From positions 137,206,001-137,270,000 of the forward strand of contig OZ024743.1 of assembly GCA_964016885.1 (NCBI GenBank): DNA of 64,000 bases. Reading direction: 5' to 3'. Every line of letters begins with the position of its first letter. Positions within the stretch are counted from its first letter, which is position 1. Below, piece after piece: positions 1 through 16,420 of this stretch. This DNA is from Eledone cirrhosa. Lineage: Eukaryota. The translations under genes were made by a program, and so were the position numbers. The notes under the pieces were generated by a model that searched no databases, was not told the DNA's origin, and saw only the letters and a program-made list of their open reading frames with translations.

Positions 1-3000
1 CAAACACCAAGCAAAAAGCACAAAACACCAAGCACCAATCACCAAACACCAAACACCAAGCAGCAAGCAGCAAGCACCAAACACCAAACACCAAGCAGCA
101 AGCAGCAAGCACCAAATACCAAACACCAAGCACCAAGCACCAAATACCAAACACCAAGCACCAAGGACCAAACATCAAACACCAAGCACCAAGCACCAAA
201 CGCCTAACACCAAGCACCAAGCACCAAGCACCAAGCACCAAACACCAAGCACCAATCACCAAACACCAAGCACCAAGCACCAAACACCAAGCACCAGGCA
301 CCAAGCACCAAACACCAAGCACCAAGCACCAAACTCCAAGCACCAACCACAAAGCACCAAGCACCAAACACCAAACCCCAAGCACCAAACACCAAACCTC
401 AAGCACCAAGCACCAAACACTAATCACCAAACACCAAGCACCAAACAACAAGCACAAAGCACCAAGCACCAGGCACCAAGCACCAAGCACCAAACACTAA
501 TCACCAAGCACCAAGCACCAAGCACCAAACACCAAACACCAAGCACCAAGCACCAAAGACCAAACACCAAGCACCATAGACCAAGCACCAAGCACCAAGC
601 ACCAAACAATAAGCACCAAGCACCAAGCACCAAACACCAAGCACCAAGCACCAAACACCAACCACCCAGCACCAAGCACCAAGCACCAAACACCAAGCAC
701 CAAACACCAAACACCAAACACCAAGCACCAAGCACCAAGCACCAAACACCAAGCACCAAGCACTAAGCACCAAACACCAAGCCCCAAGCACCAAGCACCA
801 AATACCAAACACCAAGTACCAAGCACCAAACACCAAGCACCAAGCACCAAGCACCTAGCACCAAACACCAAACACCAAGCACCAAGCACCAAACACCAAG
901 CACCAATCACCAAGCACCAAACACCAAACACCAAGCAAAAAGCACAAAACACCAAGCACCAATCACCAAGCACGAAACACCAAGCAGCAAGCAGCAAGCA
1001 CCAAACACCAAACACCAAGCACCAAACACCAAATACCAAACACCAAGCACCAAGGACCAAACATCAAACACCAAGCACCAAGCACCAAGCACCAAGCACC
1101 AAACACCAAGCACCAATCACCAAACACCAAGCACCAAGCACCAAACACCAAGCACCAAACTCAAAGCACCAAGCTCCAAACACCAAACCCCAAGCACCAA
1201 ACACCAAACCTCAAGCACCAAGCACCAAACACTAATCACCAAGCACCAGGCACCAAACAACAAGCACAAAGCACCAAGCACCAAACACCAAGCAAAGCAC
1301 CAAACACCAAACACCAAGCACCAAACCCTAAGCACCAAGCACCAAGCACCAAGCACCAAACATTAAGCACCAAGCACCAAGCACCAAACACCGAGCACCA
1401 AACACCAACCACCCAGCACCAAGCACCAAGCACCAAACACCAAGCACCAAACACCAAACACCAAACACCAAGCACCAAGCACCAAGCAACAAACACCAAG
1501 CACCAAGCACTAAGCACCAAACACCAAGCCCCAAGCACCAAGCACCAAATACCAAACACCAAGTACCAAGCACCAAACACCAAGCACCAAGCACCAAGCA
1601 CCTAGCACCAAACACCAAACACCAAGCACCAAGCACCAAACACCAAGCACCAATCACCAAGCACCAAACACCAAGCAGCAAGCAGCAAGCACCAAACACC
1701 AAACACCAAGCACCAAGCACCAAACACCAAGCACCAAGGACCAAACATCAAACACCAAGCACCAAGCACCAAACACCTAACACCAAGCACCAAGCACCAA
1801 GCACCAAGCACCGAACACCAAGCACATAACACCAAGCACCAAACACCAAGCAACAAGCACCAAACACTAAGCACCAAACACCAAGCACCAAGAACCAAGC
1901 ACCAAACACCAAGCACCAGGCACCAAGCACCAAACACCAAGCACCATGCACCAAGCACCAAGCCCCAAACACTTAACACCAAGCACCAAGCACCAAGCAC
2001 CAAACACCAATCACCAAAAACCAAACACCAAGCACCAAGTACCAAACACCAAGCACCAAGCACCAAACAACAAGCACCAAGCACCAATCACCAAACACCA
2101 AGAACCAAGCACCAAACACCAAGCACCAAGCACCAAGCACCAGGCACCAAGCACCAAGCACCAAACACAAAACACCAAGCACCAAGCACCAAGCAGCAAA
2201 CACCAAGCATCAAACACCAAACACCAAACACCAAGCACCAAACACCAAGCACCAAGCACCAAACACGAAACACCAAGCACCAAGCACCAAGCACCAAACA
2301 CCAAACACCAAGCACCAAACACCAGATACCAAGCACCAAGCACCAAACACCAAACACCAAGCACCAAGCACCAAACACCAAACAACAAGCACCAGGCACC
2401 AAGCACCAAACACCAAACACCAAGCACCAAGCACCAAACACCAAACACCAAGCACGCAGCATCAAACACCAAGCACCAAGCACCAAGCACCAAACACCAA
2501 GCACCAAGCACCAAACACCAAGCACCAAACACAAAGCACCAAGCACCAAACACCAAGCACCAAGCACCAAACACCAAGCACCAAGCACCAAACACCAAAC
2601 CACAAGCACCAAACACCAAACACCAAACCCCAAGCACCAAGCACCAAACACTAATCACCAAGCACCAAGCACCAAACAACAAGCACCAAGCACCAAGCAC
2701 CAGGCACCAAGCACCAAGCACCAAACACTAATCACCAAGCACCAAGCACCAAGCACCAAACACCAAGCACCAAGCACCAAGCACCGAACACCAAGCACCA
2801 AGCACCAAACACCAAACACCAAGATCCAAAGACCGAGCACCAAGCACCAAGCACCAAGCACCAAACAATAAGCACCAAGCACCAAACACCAAGCACCAAG
2901 CACCAAACACCAACCACCCAGCACCAAGCACCAAGCACCAAACACCAAGCACCAAACACCAAACACCAAGCACCAAGCACCAAGCACCAAGCACCAAACA

Positions 3001-6000
3001 CCAAGCACCAAGCACTAAGCACCAAACACCAAGCCCCAAGCACCAAGCACCAAACACCAAACACCAAGCACCAAGCACCAAACACCAAGTACCAAGCACC
3101 AAGCACCTAGCACCAAACACCAAGCAGCAAGCAGCAAGCACCAAACACCAAACACCAAGCACCAAGCACCAAACACCAAGCACCAAGGACCAAACATCAA
3201 ACACCAAGCCCCAAGCACCAAACACCTAACACCAAGCACCAAGCACCAAGCACCAAGCACCGAACACCAAGCACCAAACACCAAGCACCAAACACCAAGC
3301 ACCAAGCACCAAACACCAAGCACCAAGCACCAAGCACCAAACACCAAACACCAAGCACCAAGCACCAAACACCAAACAACAAGCACCAGGCACCAAGCAC
3401 CAAACACCAAACACCAAGAACCAAGCACCAAACACCAAACACCAAGCACGCAGCATCAAACACCAAGCACCAAGCACCAAGCACCAAACACCAAGCACCA
3501 AGCACCAAACACCAAGCACCAAAAACAAAGCACCAAGCACCAAACACCAAGCACCAAGCACCAAACACCAAGCACCAAGCACCAAACACCAAACCACAAG
3601 CACCAAAAACCAAACACCAAACCCCAAGCACCAAGCACCAAACACTAATCACCAAGCACCAAGCACCAAACAACAAGCACCAAGCACCAAGCACCAGGCA
3701 CCAAGCACCAAGCACCAAACACTAATCACCAAGCACCAAGCACCAAGCACCAAACACCAAGCACCAAGCACCAAGCACCAAACACCAAGCACCAAGCACC
3801 AAACACCAAACACCAAGATCCAAAGACCGAGAACCAAGCACCAAGCACCAAGCACCAAACAATAAGCACCAAGCACCAAACACCAAGCACCAAGCACCAA
3901 ACACCAACCACCCAGCACCAAGCACCAAGCACCAAACACCAAGCACCAAACACCAAACACCAAGCACCAAGCACCAAGCACCAAGCACCAAACACCAAGC
4001 ACCAAGCACTAAGCACCAAACACCAAGCCCCAAGCACCAAGCACCAAACACCAAGCACCAACCACCAAGCACCTAGCACCAAACACCAAGCAGCAAGCAG
4101 CAAGCACCAAACACCAAACACCAAGCACCAAGCACCAAACACCAAGCACCAAGGACCAAACATCAAACACCAAGCACCAAGCACCAAACACCTAACACCA
4201 AGCACCAAGCACCAAGCACCAAGCACCGAACACCAAGCACCAAACACCAAGCACCAAACACCAACCACCAAGCACCAAACACCAAGCACCAAACACCAAG
4301 CACCAAGCACCAAGCACCAAACACCAAGCACCAGGCACCAAGCACCAAACACCAAGCACCATGCACCAAGCACCAAGCCCCAAACACTTAACACCAAGCA
4401 CCAAGCACGAAACACCAAGCACCAAAAACCAAACACCAAGCACCAACTACTAAACACCAACCACCAAGCACCAAACACCAAGCACCAAGCACCAATCACC
4501 AAACACCAAGAACCAAGCACCAAACACCAAGCACCAAGGACCAAGCAACAGGCACCAAGCACTAAGCACCAAATACAAAACACCAAGCACCAAGCACCAA
4601 GCAGCAAACACCAAGCATCAAACACCAAACACCAAACACCAAGCACCAAACACCAAGCACCAACCACCAAACACCAAACCCCAAGCACCAAGCACCAAGC
4701 ACCAAACACCAAACACCAAGCACCAAACACCAAACACCAAGCACGAAGCACCAAACACCAAACAACAAGCACCAGGCACCAAGCACCAAACACCAAACAC
4801 CAAGCACGCAGCATCAAACACCAAACACCAAACACCAAACACCAAGCACCAAACACCAGCCCCCAAGCACCAATCACCAAACACCAAACACCAAGCACTA
4901 AGCACCAAACACCAAACAACAAGTAGCAGGCACCAAGCACCAAGCACCAAGCACCAAACACCAAGCAGCAAGCAGCAAGCACCAAACACCAAGCACCAAG
5001 CACCAAGCACCAAGCACCAAACACCAAGCACCAAGCACCAAACAGCAAGCACCAAACACCAAGCACCAACACCAAGCACCAAACACCAAACACATAGCAC
5101 CAAGCACCAAACACCAAACACCAAGCACCAAGCACCAAACACCAAGCACCAAGCACCAAGCCCCTAGCACCAAACACCAAACACCAAGCAAAAAGCACAA
5201 AACACCAAGCACCAATCACCAAACACCAAACACCAAGCAGCAAGCAGGAAGCACCAAACACCAAACACCAAGCACCAAGCACCAAATACCAAACACCAAG
5301 CACCAGGGACCAAACATCAAACACTAAGCACCAAGCACCAAACGCCTAACACCAAGCACCAAGCACCAAGCACCAAGCACGAAACACCAAGCACCAATCA
5401 CCAAACACCAAGCACCAAGCACCAAACACCAAGCACCAGGCACCAAGCACCAAAAACCAAGCACCAAGCACCAAACACCAAGCACCAAACACAAAGCACC
5501 AAGCACCAAACACCAAACCCCAAGCACCAAACACCAAACCTCAAGCACCAAGCACCAAACACTAATCACCAAGCACCAAGCACCAAACAACAAGCACAAA
5601 GCACCAAGCACCAGGCACCAAGCACCAAGCACCAAACACTAATCACCAAGCACCAAGCTCCAAGCACCACACAATAAGCACCAAGCACCAAGCACCAAAC
5701 ACCAAGCACCAAGCACCAAACACCAAACACCAAGCACCAAGCACCAAACACCAAACAACAAGCACCAGGCACCAAGCACCAAACACCAAACATCAAGCAC
5801 CAAGCACCAAACACCAAACACCAAGCACGCAGCATCAAACACCAAGCACCAAGCACCAAGCACCAAACACCAAGCACCAAGCACCAAACACCAAGCACCA
5901 AAAACAAAGCACCAAGCACCAAACACCAAGCACCAAGCACCAAACACCAAGCACCAAGCACCAAACACCAAACCACAAGCACCAAACACCAAACACCAAA

Positions 6001-8939
6001 CCCCAAGCACCAAGCACCAAACACTAATCACCAAGCACCAAGCACCAAACAACAAGCACCAAGCACCAAGCACCAGGCACCAAGCACCAAGCACCAAACA
6101 CTAATCACCAAGCACCAAGCACCAAGCACCAAACACCAAGCACCAAGCACCAAGCACCAAACACCAAGCACCAAGCACCAAACACCAAACACCAAGATCC
6201 AAAGACCGAGCACCAAGCACCAAGCACCAAGCACCAAACAATAAGCACCAAGCACCAAACACCAAGCACCAAGCACCAAACACCAACCACCCAGCACCAA
6301 GCACCAAGCACCAAACACCAAGCACCAAACACCAAACACCAAGCACCAAGCACCAAGCACCAAGCACCAAACACCAAGCACCAAGCACTAAGCACCAAAC
6401 ACCAAGCCCCAAGCACCAAGCACCAAAGACCAAACACCAAGCACCAAGCACCAAACACCAAGCACCAAGCACCAAGCACCTAGCACCAAACACCAAGCAG
6501 CAAGCAGCAAGCACCAAACACCAAACACCAAGCACCAAGCACCAAACACCAAGCACCAAGGACCAAACATCAAACACCAAGCACCAAGCACCAAACACCT
6601 AACACCAAGCACCAAGCACCAAGCACCAAGCACCGAACACCAAGCACCAAACACCAAGCACCAAACACCAAGCACCAGGCACCAAGCACCAAACACCAAG
6701 CACCATGCACCAAGCACCAAGCCCCAAACACTTAACACCAAGCACCAAGCACCAAACACCAATCACCAAAAACCAAACACCAAGCACCAAGTACCAAACA
6801 CCAAGCACCAAGCACCAAACAACAAGCACCAAGCACCAATCACCAAACACCAAGAACCAAGCACCAAACACCAAGCACCAAGCACCAAGCACCAGGCACC
6901 AAGCACCAAGCACCAAACACAAAACACCAAGCACCAAGCACCAAGCAGCAAACACCAAGCATCAAACACCAAACACCAAACACCAAGCACCAAACACCAA
7001 GCACCAAGCACCAAACACGAAACACCAAGCACCAAGCACCAAGCACCAAACACCAAACACCAAGCACCAAACACCAGATACCAAGCACCAAGCACCAAAC
7101 ACCAAACACCAAGCACCAAGCACCAAACACCAAACAACAAGCACCAGGCACCAAGCACCAAACACCAAACACCAAGCACCAAGCACCAAACACCAAACAC
7201 CAAGCACGCAACATCAAACACCAAGCACCAAGCACCAAGCACCAAACACCAAGCACCAAGCACTAAACACCAAGCACCAAACACAAAGCACCAAGCACCA
7301 AACACCAAGCACCAAGCACCAAACACCAAGCACCAAGCACCAAACACCAAACCACAAGCACCAAACACCAAACACCAAACCCCAAGCACCAAGCACCAAA
7401 CACTAATCACCAAGCACCAAGCACCAAACAACAAGCACCAAGCACCAAGCACCAAACACCAAGCACCAAGCACCAAACACCAAACACCAAGATCCAAAGA
7501 CCGAGCACCAAGCACCAAGCACCAAGCACCAAACAATAAGCACCAAGCACCAAACACCAAGCACCAAGCACCAAACACCAACCACCCAGCACCAAGCACC
7601 AAGCACCAAACACCAAGCACCAAACACCAAACACCAAGCACCAAGCACCAAGCACGAAGCACCAAACACCAAGCACCAAGCACTAAGCACCAAACACCAA
7701 GCCCCAAGCACCAAGCACCAAACACCAAACACCAAGCACCAAGCACCAAACACCAAGCACCAAGCACCAAGCACCTAGCACCAAACACCAAGCAGCAAGC
7801 AGCAAGCACCAAAGACCAAACACCAAGCACCAAGCACCAAACACCAAGCACCAAGGACCAAACATCAAACACCAAGCACCAAGCACCAAACACCTAACAC
7901 CAAGCACCAAGCACCAAGCACCAAGCACCGAACACCAAGCACCAAACACCAAGCACCAAACACCAATCACCAAGCACCAAACACCAAGCACCAAACAACA
8001 AGCACCAAGCACCAAGCACCAAACACCAAGCACCAGGCACCAAGCACCAAACACCAAGCACCATGCACCAAGCACCAAGCCCCAAACACTTAACACCAAG
8101 CACCAAGCACGAAACACCAAGCACCAAAAACCAAACACCAAGCACCAACTACTAAACACCAAGCACCAAGCACCAAACACCAAGCACCAAGCACCAATCA
8201 CCAAACACCAAGAACCAAGCACCAAACACCAAGCACCAAGGACCAAGCAACAGGCACCAAGCACCAAGCACCAAACACAAAACACCAAGCACCAAGCACC
8301 AAGCAGCAAACACCAAGCATCAAACACCAAACACCAAACACCAAGCACCAAACACCAAGCACCAAGCACCAAACACCAAACCCCAAGCACCAAGCACCAA
8401 GCACCAAACACCAAACACCAAGCACCAAACACCAAACACCAAGCACCAAGCACCAAACACCAAACAACAAGCACCAGGCACCAAGAAACAAACACCAAAC
8501 ACCAAGCAAACAGCATCAAAGACCAAGCACCAAGCACCAAACACCAAACACCAAGCACCAAACACCAGCCCCCAAGCACCAATCACCAAACACCAAACAC
8601 CAAGCACTAAGCACCAAACACCAAACAACAAGCAGTAGGCACCAAGCACCAAGCACCAAGCATCAAATACCAAGCACCAAGCAGCAAGCACCAAACACCA
8701 AGCACCAAGCACCAAGCACCAAGCACCAAGCACCAAACACCAAGCACCAAGCACCAAACAGCAAGCACCAAACACCAAGCACCAAACACCAAGCACCAAA
8801 CAACAAACACATAGCACCAAGCACCAAACACCAAACACCAAGCACCAAGCACCAAACACCAAGCACCAAGCACCAAGCCCCTAGCACCAAACACAAAACA
8901 CCAAGCAAAAAGCACAAAACACCAAGCACCAATCACCAA

Positions 8940-11900
8940 ACACCAAACACCAAGCAGCAAGCAGCAAGCACCAAACACCAAACACCAAGCACCAAGCACC
9001 AAATACCAAACACCAAGCACCAAGGACCAAACATCAAACACCAAGCACCAAGCACCAAACGCCTAACACCAAGCACCAAGCACCAAGCACCAAGCACCAA
9101 GCACCAAACACCAAGCACCAATCACCAAACACCAAGCACCAAGCACCAAACACCAAGCACCAGGCACCAAGCACCAAAAACCAAGCACCAAGCACCAAAC
9201 ACCAAGCACCAAACACAAAGCACCAAGCACCAAACACCAAACCCCAAGCACCAAACACCAAACCTCAAGCACCAAGCACCAAACACTAATCACCAAGCAC
9301 CAAGCACCAAACAACAAGCACAAAGCACCAAGCACCAGGCACCAAGCACCAAGCACCAAACACTAATCACCAAGCACCAAGCACCAAGCACCACACAATA
9401 AGCACCAAGCACCAAACACCAAGCACCAAGCACCAAACACCAACCACCCAGCACCAAGCACCAAACACCAAGCACCAAACACCAAACACCAAACACCAAC
9501 CACCAAGCACTAAGCACCAAACACCAAGCACCAAGCACTAAGCACCAAACACCAAGCCCCAAGCACCAAGCACCAAATACCAAACACCAAGTACCAAGCA
9601 CCAAACACCAAGCACCAAGCACCAAGCACCTAGCACCAAACACCAAACACCAAGCACCAAGCACCAAACACCAAGCACCAATCACCAAGCACCAAACACC
9701 AAGCAGCAAGCAGCAAGCACCAAACACCAAGCACCAAGAACCAAGCACCAAGCACCAAGCACCGAACACCAAGCACATTACACAAAGCACCAAACACCAA
9801 GCACCAAGTACCAAACACCAAGCACCAAACACCAAGCACCAAGAACCAAGCAGCAAACACCAAGCACCAGGCACCAAGCACCAAACACCAAGCACCATGC
9901 ACCAAGCACCAAGCCCCAAACACTTAACACCAAGCACTAAGCACCAAGCACCAAACTCCAATCACCAAAAACCAAACACCAAGCTCCAAGCACCAAACAC
10001 CAAGCACCAAGCACCAAGCACCAGGCACCAAGCACCAAGCACCAAACACAAAACACCAAGCACCAAGCACCAAGCAGCAAACACCAAGCATCAAACACCA
10101 AACACCAAACACCAAGCACCAAACACCAAGCACCAAGCACCAAACACCAAAGCACCAAGCAGCAAACACCAAGCATCAAACACCAAACACCAAACACCAA
10201 GCACCAAACACCAAGCACCAAGCACCAAACACGAAACACCAAGCACCAAGCACCAAGCACCAAACACCAAACACCAAGCACCAAACACCAGATACCAAGC
10301 ACCAAGCACCAAACACCAAACACCAAGCACCAAGCACCAAACACCAAACAACAAGCACCAGGCACCAACACCAAACACCAAACACCAAGCACACAGCCCC
10401 AAACACCAAACACCAAGCACGCAGCATCAAACACCAAGCACCAAGCACTAAGCACCAAACACCAAGCACCAAGCACTAAACACCAAGCACCAAACACAAA
10501 GCACCAAGCACCAAACACCAAGTACCAAGCACCAAACACCAAGCACCAAGCACCAAACACCAAACCACAAGCACCAAACACCAAACACCAAACCCCAAGC
10601 ACCAAGCACCAAACACTAATCACCAAGCACCAAGCACCAAACAACAAGCACCAAGCACCAAGCACCAGGCACCAAGCACCAAGCACCAAACACTAATCAC
10701 CAAGCACCAAGCACCAAGCACCAAACACCAAGCACCAAGCACCAAGCACCAAACACCAAGCACCAAGCACCAAACACCAAACACCAATATCCAAAGACCG
10801 AGCACCAAGCACCAAGCACCAAGCACCAAACAATAAGCACCAAGCACCAAACACCAAGCACCAAGCACCAAACACCAACCACCCAGCACCAAGCACCAAG
10901 CACCAAACACCAAGCACCAAACACCAAACACCAAGCACCAAGCACCAAGCACGAAGCACCAAACACCAAGCACCAAGCACTAAGCACCAAACACCAAGCC
11001 CCAAGCACCAAGCCACCAAACACCAAACACCAAGCACCAAGCACCAAACACCAAGCACCAAGCACCAAGCACCTAGCACCAAACACCAAGCAGCAAGCAG
11101 CAAGCACCAAAGACCAAACACCAAGCACCAAGCACCAAACACCAAGCACCAAGGACCAAACATCAAACACCAAGCACCAAGCACCAAACACCTAACACCA
11201 AGCACCAAGCACCAAGCACCAAGCACCGAACACCAAGCACCAAACACCAAGCACCAAACACCAAGCACCAAGCACCAAACACCAAGCACCAAACAACAAG
11301 CACCAAGCACCAAGCACCAAACACCAAGCACCAAAAACCAAACACCAAGCACCAACTACTAAACACCAAGCACCAAGCACCAAACACCAAGCACCAAGCA
11401 CCAATCACCAAACACCAAGAACCAAGCACCAAACACCAAGCACCAAGGACCAAGCAACAGGCACCAAGCACCAGGCACCAAACACAAAACACCAAGCACC
11501 AAGCACCAAGCAGCAAACACCAAGCATCAAACACCAAACACCAAACACCAAGCACCAAACACCAAGCACCAACCACCAAACACCAAACCCCAAGCACCAA
11601 GCACCAAGCACCAAACACCAAACACCAAGCACCAAACACCAAACACCAAGCACCAAGCACCAAACACCAAACAACAAGCACCAGGCACCAAGCACCAAAC
11701 ACCAAACACCAAGCAAACAGCATCAAAGACCAAGCACCAAGCACCAAACACCAAACACCAAGCACCAAACACCAGCCCCCAAGCACCAATCACCAAACAC
11801 CAAACACCAAACACCAAGCACTAAGCACCAAACACCAAACAACAAGCAGCAGGCACCAAGCACCAAGCACCAAGCACCAAACACCAAGCACCAAGCAGCA

Positions 11901-14900
11901 AGCACTAAACACCAAGCACCAAGCACCAAACACCAATCACCAAAAACCAAACACCAAGCACCAAGCACCAAACACCAAGCACCAAACACCAAGCACCAAA
12001 CACCAAGCACCAAACACCAAGCACCAAACACCAAACACATAGCACCAAGCACCAAACACCAAACACCAAGCACCAAGCACCAAACACCAAGCACCAAGCA
12101 CCAAGCCCCTAGCACCAAACAGAAAACACCAAGCAAAAAGCACAAAACACCAAGCACCAAACACCAAACACCAAACACCAAGCAGCAAGCAGCAAGCACC
12201 AAACACCAAACACCAAGCACCAAGCACCAAATACCAAACACCAAGCACCAAGGACCAAACATCAAACACCAAGCACCAAGCACCAAACGCCTAACACCAA
12301 GCACCAAGCACCAAGCACCAAGCACCAAGCACCAAACACCAAGCACCAATCACCAAACACCAAGCACCAAGCACCAAACACCAAGCACCAGGCACCAAGC
12401 ACCAAAAACCAAGCACCAAGCACCAAACACCAAGCACCAAACACAAAGCACCAAGCACCAAACACCAAACCCCAAGCACCAAACACCAAACCTCAAGCAC
12501 CAAGCACCAAACACTAATCACCAAGCACCAAGCACCAAACAACAAGCACAAAGCACCAAGCACCAGGCACCAAGCACCAAGCACCAAACACTAATCACCA
12601 AGCACCAAGCACCAAGCACCACACAATAAGCACCAAGCACCAAACACCAAGCACCAAGCACCAAACACCAACCACCCAGCACCAAGCACCAAACACCAAG
12701 CACCAAACACCAAACACCAAACACCAACCACCAAGCACTAAGCACCAAACACCAAGCACCAAGCACTAAGCACCAAACACCAAGCCCCAAGCACCAAGCA
12801 CCAAATACCAAACACCAAGTACCAAGCACCAAACACCAAGCACCAAGCACCAAGCACCTAGCACCAAACACCAAACACCAAGCACCAAGCACCAAACACC
12901 AAGCACCAATCACCAAGCACCAAACACCAAGCAGCAAGCAGCAAGCACCAAACACCAAGCACCAAGAACCAAGCACCAAGCACCAAGCACCGAACACCAA
13001 GCACATTACACAAAGCACCAAACACCAAGCACCAAGTACCAAACACCAAGCACCAAACACCAAGCACCAAGAACCAAGCAGCAAACACCAAGCACCAGGC
13101 ACCAAGCACCAAACACCAAGCACCATGCACCAAGCACCAAGCCCCAAACACTTAACACCAAGCACTAAGCACCAAGCACCAAACTCCAATCACCAAAAAC
13201 CAAACACCAAGCTCCAAGCACCAAACACCAAGCACCAAGCACCAAGCACCAGGCACCAAGCACCAAGCACCAAACACAAAACACCAAGCACCAAGCACCA
13301 AGCAGCAAACACCAAGCATCAAACACCAAACACCAAACACCAAGCACCAAACACCAAGCACCAAGCACCAAACACCAAAGCACCAAGCAGCAAACACCAA
13401 GCATCAAACACCAAACACCAAACACCAAGCACCAAACACCAAGCACCAAGCACCAAACACGAAACACCAAGCACCAAGCACCAAGCACCAAACACCAAAC
13501 ACCAAGCACCAAACACCAGATACCAAGCACCAAGCACCAAACACCAAACACCAAGCACCAAGCACCAAACACCAAACAACAAGCACCAGGCACCAACACC
13601 AAACACCAAACACCAAGCACACAGCCCCAAACACCAAACACCAAGCACGCAGCATCAAACACCAAGCACCAAGCACTAAGCACCAAACACCAAGCACCAA
13701 GCACTAAACACCAAGCACCAAACACAAAGCACCAAGCACCAAACACCAAGTACCAAGCACCAAACACCAAGCACCAAGCACCAAACACCAAACCACAAGC
13801 ACCAAACACCAAACACCAAACCCCAAGCACCAAGCACCAAACACTAATCACCAAGCACCAAGCACCAAACAACAAGCACCAAGCACCAAGCACCAGGCAC
13901 CAAGCACCAAGCACCAAACACTAATCACCAAGCACCAAGCACCAAGCACCAAACACCAAGCACCAAGCACCAAGCACCAAACACCAAGCACCAAGCACCA
14001 AACACCAAACACCAATATCCAAAGACCGAGCACCAAGCACCAAGCACCAAGCACCAAACAATAAGCACCAAGCACCAAACACCAAGCACCAAGCACCAAA
14101 CACCAACCACCCAGCACCAAACACCAAGCACCAAACACCAAGCACCAAACACCAAACACCAAGCACCAAGCACCAAGCACGAAGCACCAAACACCAAGCA
14201 CCAAGCACTAAGCACCAAACACCAAGCCCCAAGCACCAAGCACCAAACACCAAACACCAAGCACCAAGCACCAAACACCAAGCACCAAGCACCAAGCACC
14301 TAGCACCAAACACCAAGCAGCAAGCAGCAAGCACCAAAGACCAAACACCAAGCACCAAGCACCAAACACCAAGCACCAAGGACCAAACATCAAACACCAA
14401 GCACCAAGCACCAAACACCTAACACCAAGCACCAAGCACCAAGCACCAAGCACCGAACACCAAGCACCAAACACCAAGCACCAAACACCAAGCACCAAGC
14501 ACCAAACACCAAGCACCAAACAACAAGCACCAAGCACCAAGCACCAAACACCAAGCACCAAAAACCAAACACCAAGCACCAACTACTAAACACCAAGCAC
14601 CAAGCACCAAACACCAAGCACCAAGCACCAATAACCAAACACCAAGAACCAAGCACCAAACACCAAGCACCAAGGACCAAGCAACAGGCACCAAGCACCA
14701 GGCACCAAACACAAAACACCAAGCACCAAGCACCAAGCAGCAAACACCAAGCATCAAACACCAAACACCAAACACCAAGCACCAAACACCAAGCACCAAC
14801 CACCAAACACCAAACCCCAAGCACCAAGCACCAAGCACCAAACACCAAACACCAAGCACCAAACACCAAACACCAAGCACCAAGCACCAAACACCAAACA

Positions 14901-16420
14901 ACAAGCACCAGGCACCAAGCACCAAACACCAAACACCAAGCAAACAGCATCAAAGACCAAGCACCAAGCACCAAACACCAAACACCAAGCACCAAACACC
15001 AGCCCCCAAGCACCAATCACCAAACACCAAACACCAAACACCAAGCACTAAGCACCAAACACCAAACAACAAGCAGCAGGCACCAAGCACCAAGCACCAA
15101 GCACCAAACACCAAGCACCAAGCAGCAAGCACTAAACACCAAGCACCAAGCACCAAACACCAATCACCAAAAACCAAACACCAAGCACCAAGCACCAAAC
15201 ACCAAGCACCAAACACCAAGCACCAAACACCAAGCACCAAACACCAAGCACCAAACACCAAACACATAGCACCAAGCACCAAACACCAAACACCAAGCAC
15301 CAAGCACCAAACACCAAGCACCAAGCACCAAGCCCCTAGCACCAAACAGAAAACACCAAGCAAAAAGCACAAAACACCAAGCACCAAACACCAAACACCA
15401 AACACCAAGCAGCAAGCAGCAAGCACCAAACACCAAACACCAAGCACCAAGCACCAAATACCAAACACCAAGCACCAAGGACCAAACATCAAACACCAAG
15501 CACCAAGCACCAAACGCCTAACACCAAACACCAAGCACCAAGCACCAAGCACCAAGCACCAAACACCAAGCACCAATCACCAAACACCAAGCACCAAGCA
15601 CCAAACACCAAGCACCAGGCACCAAGCACCAAAAACCAAGCACCAAGCACCAAACACCAAGCACCAAACACAAAGCACCAAGCACCAAACACCAAACCCC
15701 AAGCACCAAACACCAAACCTCAAGCACCAAGCACCAAACACTAATCACCAAGCACCAAGCACCAAACACCAAGCACAAAGCACCAAGCACCAGGCACCAA
15801 GCACCAAGCACCAAACACTAATCACCAAGCACCGAGCACCAAGCACCACACAATAAGCACCAAGCACCAAACACCAAGCACCAAGCACCAAACACCAACC
15901 ACCCAGCACCAAGCACCAAACACCAAGCACCAAACACCAAACACCAAACACCAACCACCAAGCACTAAGCACCAAACACCAAGCACCAAGCACTAAGCAC
16001 CAAACACCAAGCCCCAAGGACCAAGCACCAAATACCAAACACCAAGTACCAAGCACCAAACACCAATCACCAAGCACCAAGCACCTAGCACCAAACACCA
16101 AACACCAAGCACCAAGCACCAAACACCAAGCACCAATCACCAAGCACCAAACACCAAGCAGCAAGCAGCAAGCACCAAACACCAAACACCAAGAACCAAG
16201 CACCGAGCACCAAGCACCGAACACCAAGCACATTACACAAAGCACCAAACACCAAGCACCAAGTACCAAACACCAAGCACCAAACACCAAGCACCAAGAA
16301 CCAAGCAGCAAACACCAAGCACCAGGCACCAAGCACCAAACACCAAGCACCATGCACCAAGCACCAAGCCCCAAACACTTAACACCAAGCACCAAGCACC
16401 AAGCACCAAACTCCAATCAC
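8940..16420. repeat. Higher-order tandem repeat, ~3227-bp unit (461 monomers), ~2.3 copies
   Basis: Matching ORF translations at 9034/12262/15489, 9290/12518/15745, 9897/13125 and 11723/14950 (offsets 3228, 3227). Private marker CACCAATATCCAAAGACCGAG at ~10782 and ~14010. Boundaries approximate. Confidence 0.9.
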
